NCBI GenBank assembly: GCA_963716615.1
Contig: CAVQTQ010000005.1
Span: 228,822 to 292,821, forward strand
Length of the DNA stretch: 64,000 nt
Direction of reading: 5' to 3'
Source of the DNA: an uncultured Acidobacteriaceae bacterium
Lineage (GTDB): Bacteria; Acidobacteriota; Terriglobia; Terriglobales; Acidobacteriaceae
Part shown: in pieces, positions 61,306 to 64,000 of the stretch
How positions within the stretch are numbered: the stretch's first letter is position 1
How the letters are laid out: each line of letters opens with the position of its first letter
Program-made: the position numbers and the translations under genes
The notes under the pieces: generated by a model
Databases searched by the model: none
What the model was told of the DNA's origin: nothing
What the model saw: the letters and a program-made list of their open reading frames with translations, nothing else

Positions 61306-62970
61306 TCACGCGATCGTTCGCAAGCTCCATGGTAAGCGGAGCAAAGCCGATCCAAGTGCTGCGATCCCGGCAAGCCAGATGGCCAACGCCGATTTCACCA
61401 CCCAGCCCGGCGCTGCTCCGACGCGGCGCAGCAGGAACGGCAGAAAATTCCACGTCGTGACGTGGACATAATCCCACGGGTCCTGAGCCATGGCCTCAGT
61501 GTTCAAGCCCCAGGCATTCATCTTGCCGAATAAGAAGGCGGCGATGTTCTTGAAACGCAGAGCGATCACAAACGTCGGATGTCCGAGCGTCTCCATCTGG
61601 TAAATTTCCAGGGACAACCAGAAGGCGAGCGAGGCTAACTGAATCGTCAGGCTGACCGCGATCAGCACACATCCCGCGCGCCAGATCGTTCTTCCCAAAG
61701 TCTCTCGATAGCGCATGAGCAGCGGCACGGCAAGAAGCGTCGCGAGTTCCACCGTGGTCGAAACATAGCGGTCGCCCCAGGCAAAGTCGCCGGCCCAGTA
61801 GGTGTATCTCGCGTAAAAACTGATATAGGCCAGTAACAGGAGAAGAGAGGCTGCCCCATACGCCCGTACCTCTGGAGTTAGTCGCTTCCATAGCCATGCC
61901 AGAAGGAAAATTGCCAGCGGAAGCAGAGGATCGAAGAGAAAAATAGATTTCTCCGGCTGGAATAGCGCGCCGAGAAAGCCGGTGTGAAAGGGCGTGCTCC
62001 AGGGAAAATTCGCGGGCAGGGTAGGATCCAACTGGTGATATTCACGGGCGAATACCGTTACGTAGGTATTGGTAAAGGATCCGTAGCGGTAAAACTGGTA
62101 GGCACGATCGACGAGGAGAAAGAATGCATAAACGGGAGCGGCGACTTTGCTGTAGGCGAGGAGACGCCGCCACAGCTCGCGCATGCGCCGCCCGTCTAAA
62201 CCTGCTCTCTCAAACCAAAGCACGAGCAAAACAAAGACTCCTGCCGCCATAAGATCCAAACCAGTGGTGAGACGCGTAAGCAGGTTTAGTCCTAACGCGC
62301 AGGAGCCGATGAAAAGCGCCCGGCGGCTGTCCGTGCGCAGCCACTCGTATTGAAATGAAAATCCAGTAAGCGTGAGTAACATGATGTAGTTGTTCTCCAT
62401 CATGTTCTGCGTGTAGTGGAGATGGGTGGTCGCGAACAGCAATGCCAGTACCCCGGCCACGGATTCGCTCATGCCAAATCGCAATTGACGCAGGAAGCGG
62501 AATGCAATCAGCGCGGTGAGAATGTTCAGCAAAATGTTGGTGCTGTAGCTGACCACAATGCTGCGCACGGCAGGATCGTCGCCGTAATCCGAAAAGATAG
62601 ACCAGTGGGCAATCCACGACCCAATGAGATCGGCGGGCAACATGAGCAGCGACTGGCCGATGCCATACCAGCTATAGAGACGGCCCCCACGGCCGTGCAG
62701 GCCAAACTCGGGATACTCGTTGGGGAAAACCTGCGGCTCCGCAGTCCACAGCCAATGCGTGGTTTGCAGGCGATGGGCGGTGTCGGACGTCCCCAACTCG
62801 CCCGATTGCACCACAAAAGCGAGCAGCCCCGCGGTCAGACACAAGAGCAACAGGGGATCGCGCAGCCAGCGTTTGAGGCCAAAAGCCATCGCCTGGATGG
62901 TAATTGGAAAGCCATGATTTAAGAAATGTCGGAGAGTGGCCTGAGCCATCGATGTACTCCGATGAAGCAC
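61306..62970 (-). CDS. Polytopic integral membrane protein (about 12 TM helices), possibly a GT-C-type glycosyltransferase
   Basis: 554-aa highly hydrophobic ORF with large loops. No catalytic motif confidently recognised. Confidence 0.8.
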   Translation of the reverse strand: MLHRSTSMAQATLRHFLNHGFPITIQAMAFGLKRWLRDPLLLLCLTAGLLAFVVQSGELGTSDTAHRLQTTHWLWTAEPQVFPNEYPEFGLHGRGGRLYSWYGIGQSLLMLPADLIGSWIAHWSIFSDYGDDPAVRSIVVSYSTNILLNILTALIAFRFLRQLRFGMSESVAGVLALLFATTHLHYTQNMMENNYIMLLTLTGFSFQYEWLRTDSRRALFIGSCALGLNLLTRLTTGLDLMAAGVFVLLVLWFERAGLDGRRMRELWRRLLAYSKVAAPVYAFFLLVDRAYQFYRYGSFTNTYVTVFAREYHQLDPTLPANFPWSTPFHTGFLGALFQPEKSIFLFDPLLPLAIFLLAWLWKRLTPEVRAYGAASLLLLLAYISFYARYTYWAGDFAWGDRYVSTTVELATLLAVPLLMRYRETLGRTIWRAGCVLIAVSLTIQLASLAFWLSLEIYQMETLGHPTFVIALRFKNIAAFLFGKMNAWGLNTEAMAQDPWDYVHVTTWNFLPFLLRRVGAAPGWVVKSALAIWLAGIAALGSALLRLPWSLRTIA

Positions 62971-63122
62971 CTCGCATTTTCACCACTGACGTTCGTTCAC
63001 CGGCGAACCCGCTACTAGATTCCCAGTCATTATTCCCAACCCCTGCCCGATCCTGCTACCTTCGAATTGCGCTGCGATCCGCGGGAGGCGGGGTGAGCCG
63101 CGTCTCTACGAGAAATTTTGGG

Positions 63123-63743
63123 ATGAAAAATAACAGCTCCTGGGGGTTGACCCCGGCCGAACTTCGCAAGCTGCGCAGTTTGAAGACTCCGTACGGCATT
63201 CAACGCTTGCTTGACGACATGCCATATCACCTGGAGGACACCGCCTGGTCTCCGCAGCGGGTGCTGCGGGAGAACACTTCACATTGCTACGAGGGGGCGC
63301 TGTTTGCGGCGGCGGCGCTGCGGGTGATTGGGTATCCTCCGCTGATTCTCGATCTGGAGGCCGAGCACGATACCGACCACGTGCTTGCCATATATAAGGT
63401 GGACGGGCATTGGGGAGCGGTGGCGAAGTCGAATTTCACCGGATGCCGCTATCGCGAGCCGGTATACCGGTCGCTGCGCGAGCTGGCTTTGAGTTACTTC
63501 AACGTTTATTTCAATCTGCGCGGGGAGCGGACGTTGCGGACCTTCTCGCGGCCCGTCCAAATGAAGCGCTTCGATCCTCTGAACTGGATGAGTTCGGAGA
63601 AGCCGGTATGGTTTGTGGCGGAGTATCTGCTGACCATTTTTCACTACCGGCTGATCACTCAAGCGCAGGCAAGCCGGCTGCATCGTGTGGATGCGCGGCT
63701 GTTCCGGGCGGAGTGGCTGGAGCGGGCGGAGAAAAAGCCCTAA
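63123..63743 (+). CDS. Hypothetical protein with a possible Cys-His-Asp (transglutaminase-like) core
   Basis: Start at ATG 63123 (MKNNSSWGLTPAELRKL...). Contains TSHCYEGALFAAAALRVIG, DTDHVLAIYKVDGHWGAVAKSNF. The upstream extension to 62904 overlaps the divergent membrane-protein gene. Confidence 0.7.
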   Translation: MKNNSSWGLTPAELRKLRSLKTPYGIQRLLDDMPYHLEDTAWSPQRVLRENTSHCYEGALFAAAALRVIGYPPLILDLEAEHDTDHVLAIYKVDGHWGAVAKSNFTGCRYREPVYRSLRELALSYFNVYFNLRGERTLRTFSRPVQMKRFDPLNWMSSEKPVWFVAEYLLTIFHYRLITQAQASRLHRVDARLFRAEWLERAEKKP

Positions 63744-63806
63744 CCACATTGGGCCTGAGCACAGGCGAAACTGCATTTCTGAGAACCCGGGCTGCAATTG
63801 TTTCGT

Positions 63807-64000
63807 ATGTCTGTCATGCGCTTTTGTGTCGCGCTCGTCTTCGCGGTGGGTCTCCTGTCGGCGTGCGTTTTCGGTCAGGATTCCGCCTCACCATCACCTC
63901 TCCCTTCAACACCTGCGCCGGTTTCGAAACCCATCGATCTGAAGCCCGATGCCAGCGGCACTGTGCCTCCGGAGCAGATTCGTGAACTTCTGCGGCGTGC
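63807..64000 (+). CDS. Putative lipoprotein, 5' fragment (runs off the right edge; not in ORF track)
   Basis: Hand translation gives MSVMRFCVALVFAVGLLSACVFGQDSASPSPLPSTPAPVSKPIDLKPDASGTVPPEQIRELLRR..., with signal peptide and LLSAC lipobox. Open to the window end. Confidence 0.45.
   Translation, partial: MSVMRFCVALVFAVGLLSACVFGQDSASPSPLPSTPAPVSKPIDLKPDASGTVPPEQIRELLRR

Overview
High-GC (roughly 58-60% by eye) bacterial chromosomal window. The gene content (ECF sigma/anti-sigma pair, Kelch lipoprotein, TPR protein, S10 and M23 peptidases, a secretin with a cohesin-like tail) and several REP-like intergenic hairpin families suggest a soil Acidobacteriota-type genome; this is inference only. 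There are about 60 credible protein genes, mostly housekeeping: purM, an lhr-like helicase, kdsC, a class A PBP, proS, metK-ahcY, a rodZ-like gene, pyrG-kdsA, smpB and a fused 2-oxoacid dehydrogenase E1. There is one tRNA (Ala-GGC); I found no rRNA and no CRISPR array. Accessory and unusual content: (1) An 8.85-kb integrative island sits in tRNA-Ala, bounded by a 45-bp perfect direct repeat. It carries an integrase, two AlpA/Xis-like HTH genes, a CHC2-zinc-finger/wHTH protein, a Kelch lipoprotein, three XRE regulators, diverged internal duplications and transposase debris. (2) An IS110-family element with 15-bp inverted repeats lies upstream of proS. (3) There are three toxin-antitoxin loci: two vapBC pairs with palindromic operators and one decayed brnTA. 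(4) A secretin with an N-terminal TPR and a C-terminal cohesin-like domain is followed by three tandem GspG-like pseudopilins, with no ATPase or platform gene nearby. (5) Two paralogous TonB-like proline-rich repeat membrane proteins are present. (6) A (CTGAGAA)~13 microsatellite sits in a divergent promoter region, and candidate leader hairpins lie upstream of pyrG, upstream of the secretin gene, and between metK and ahcY. Four genes missing from the supplied ORF track were added by hand translation. All functional calls are motif-level recognition from memory, and hand-indexed coordinates of small elements may be off by 1-2 nt.
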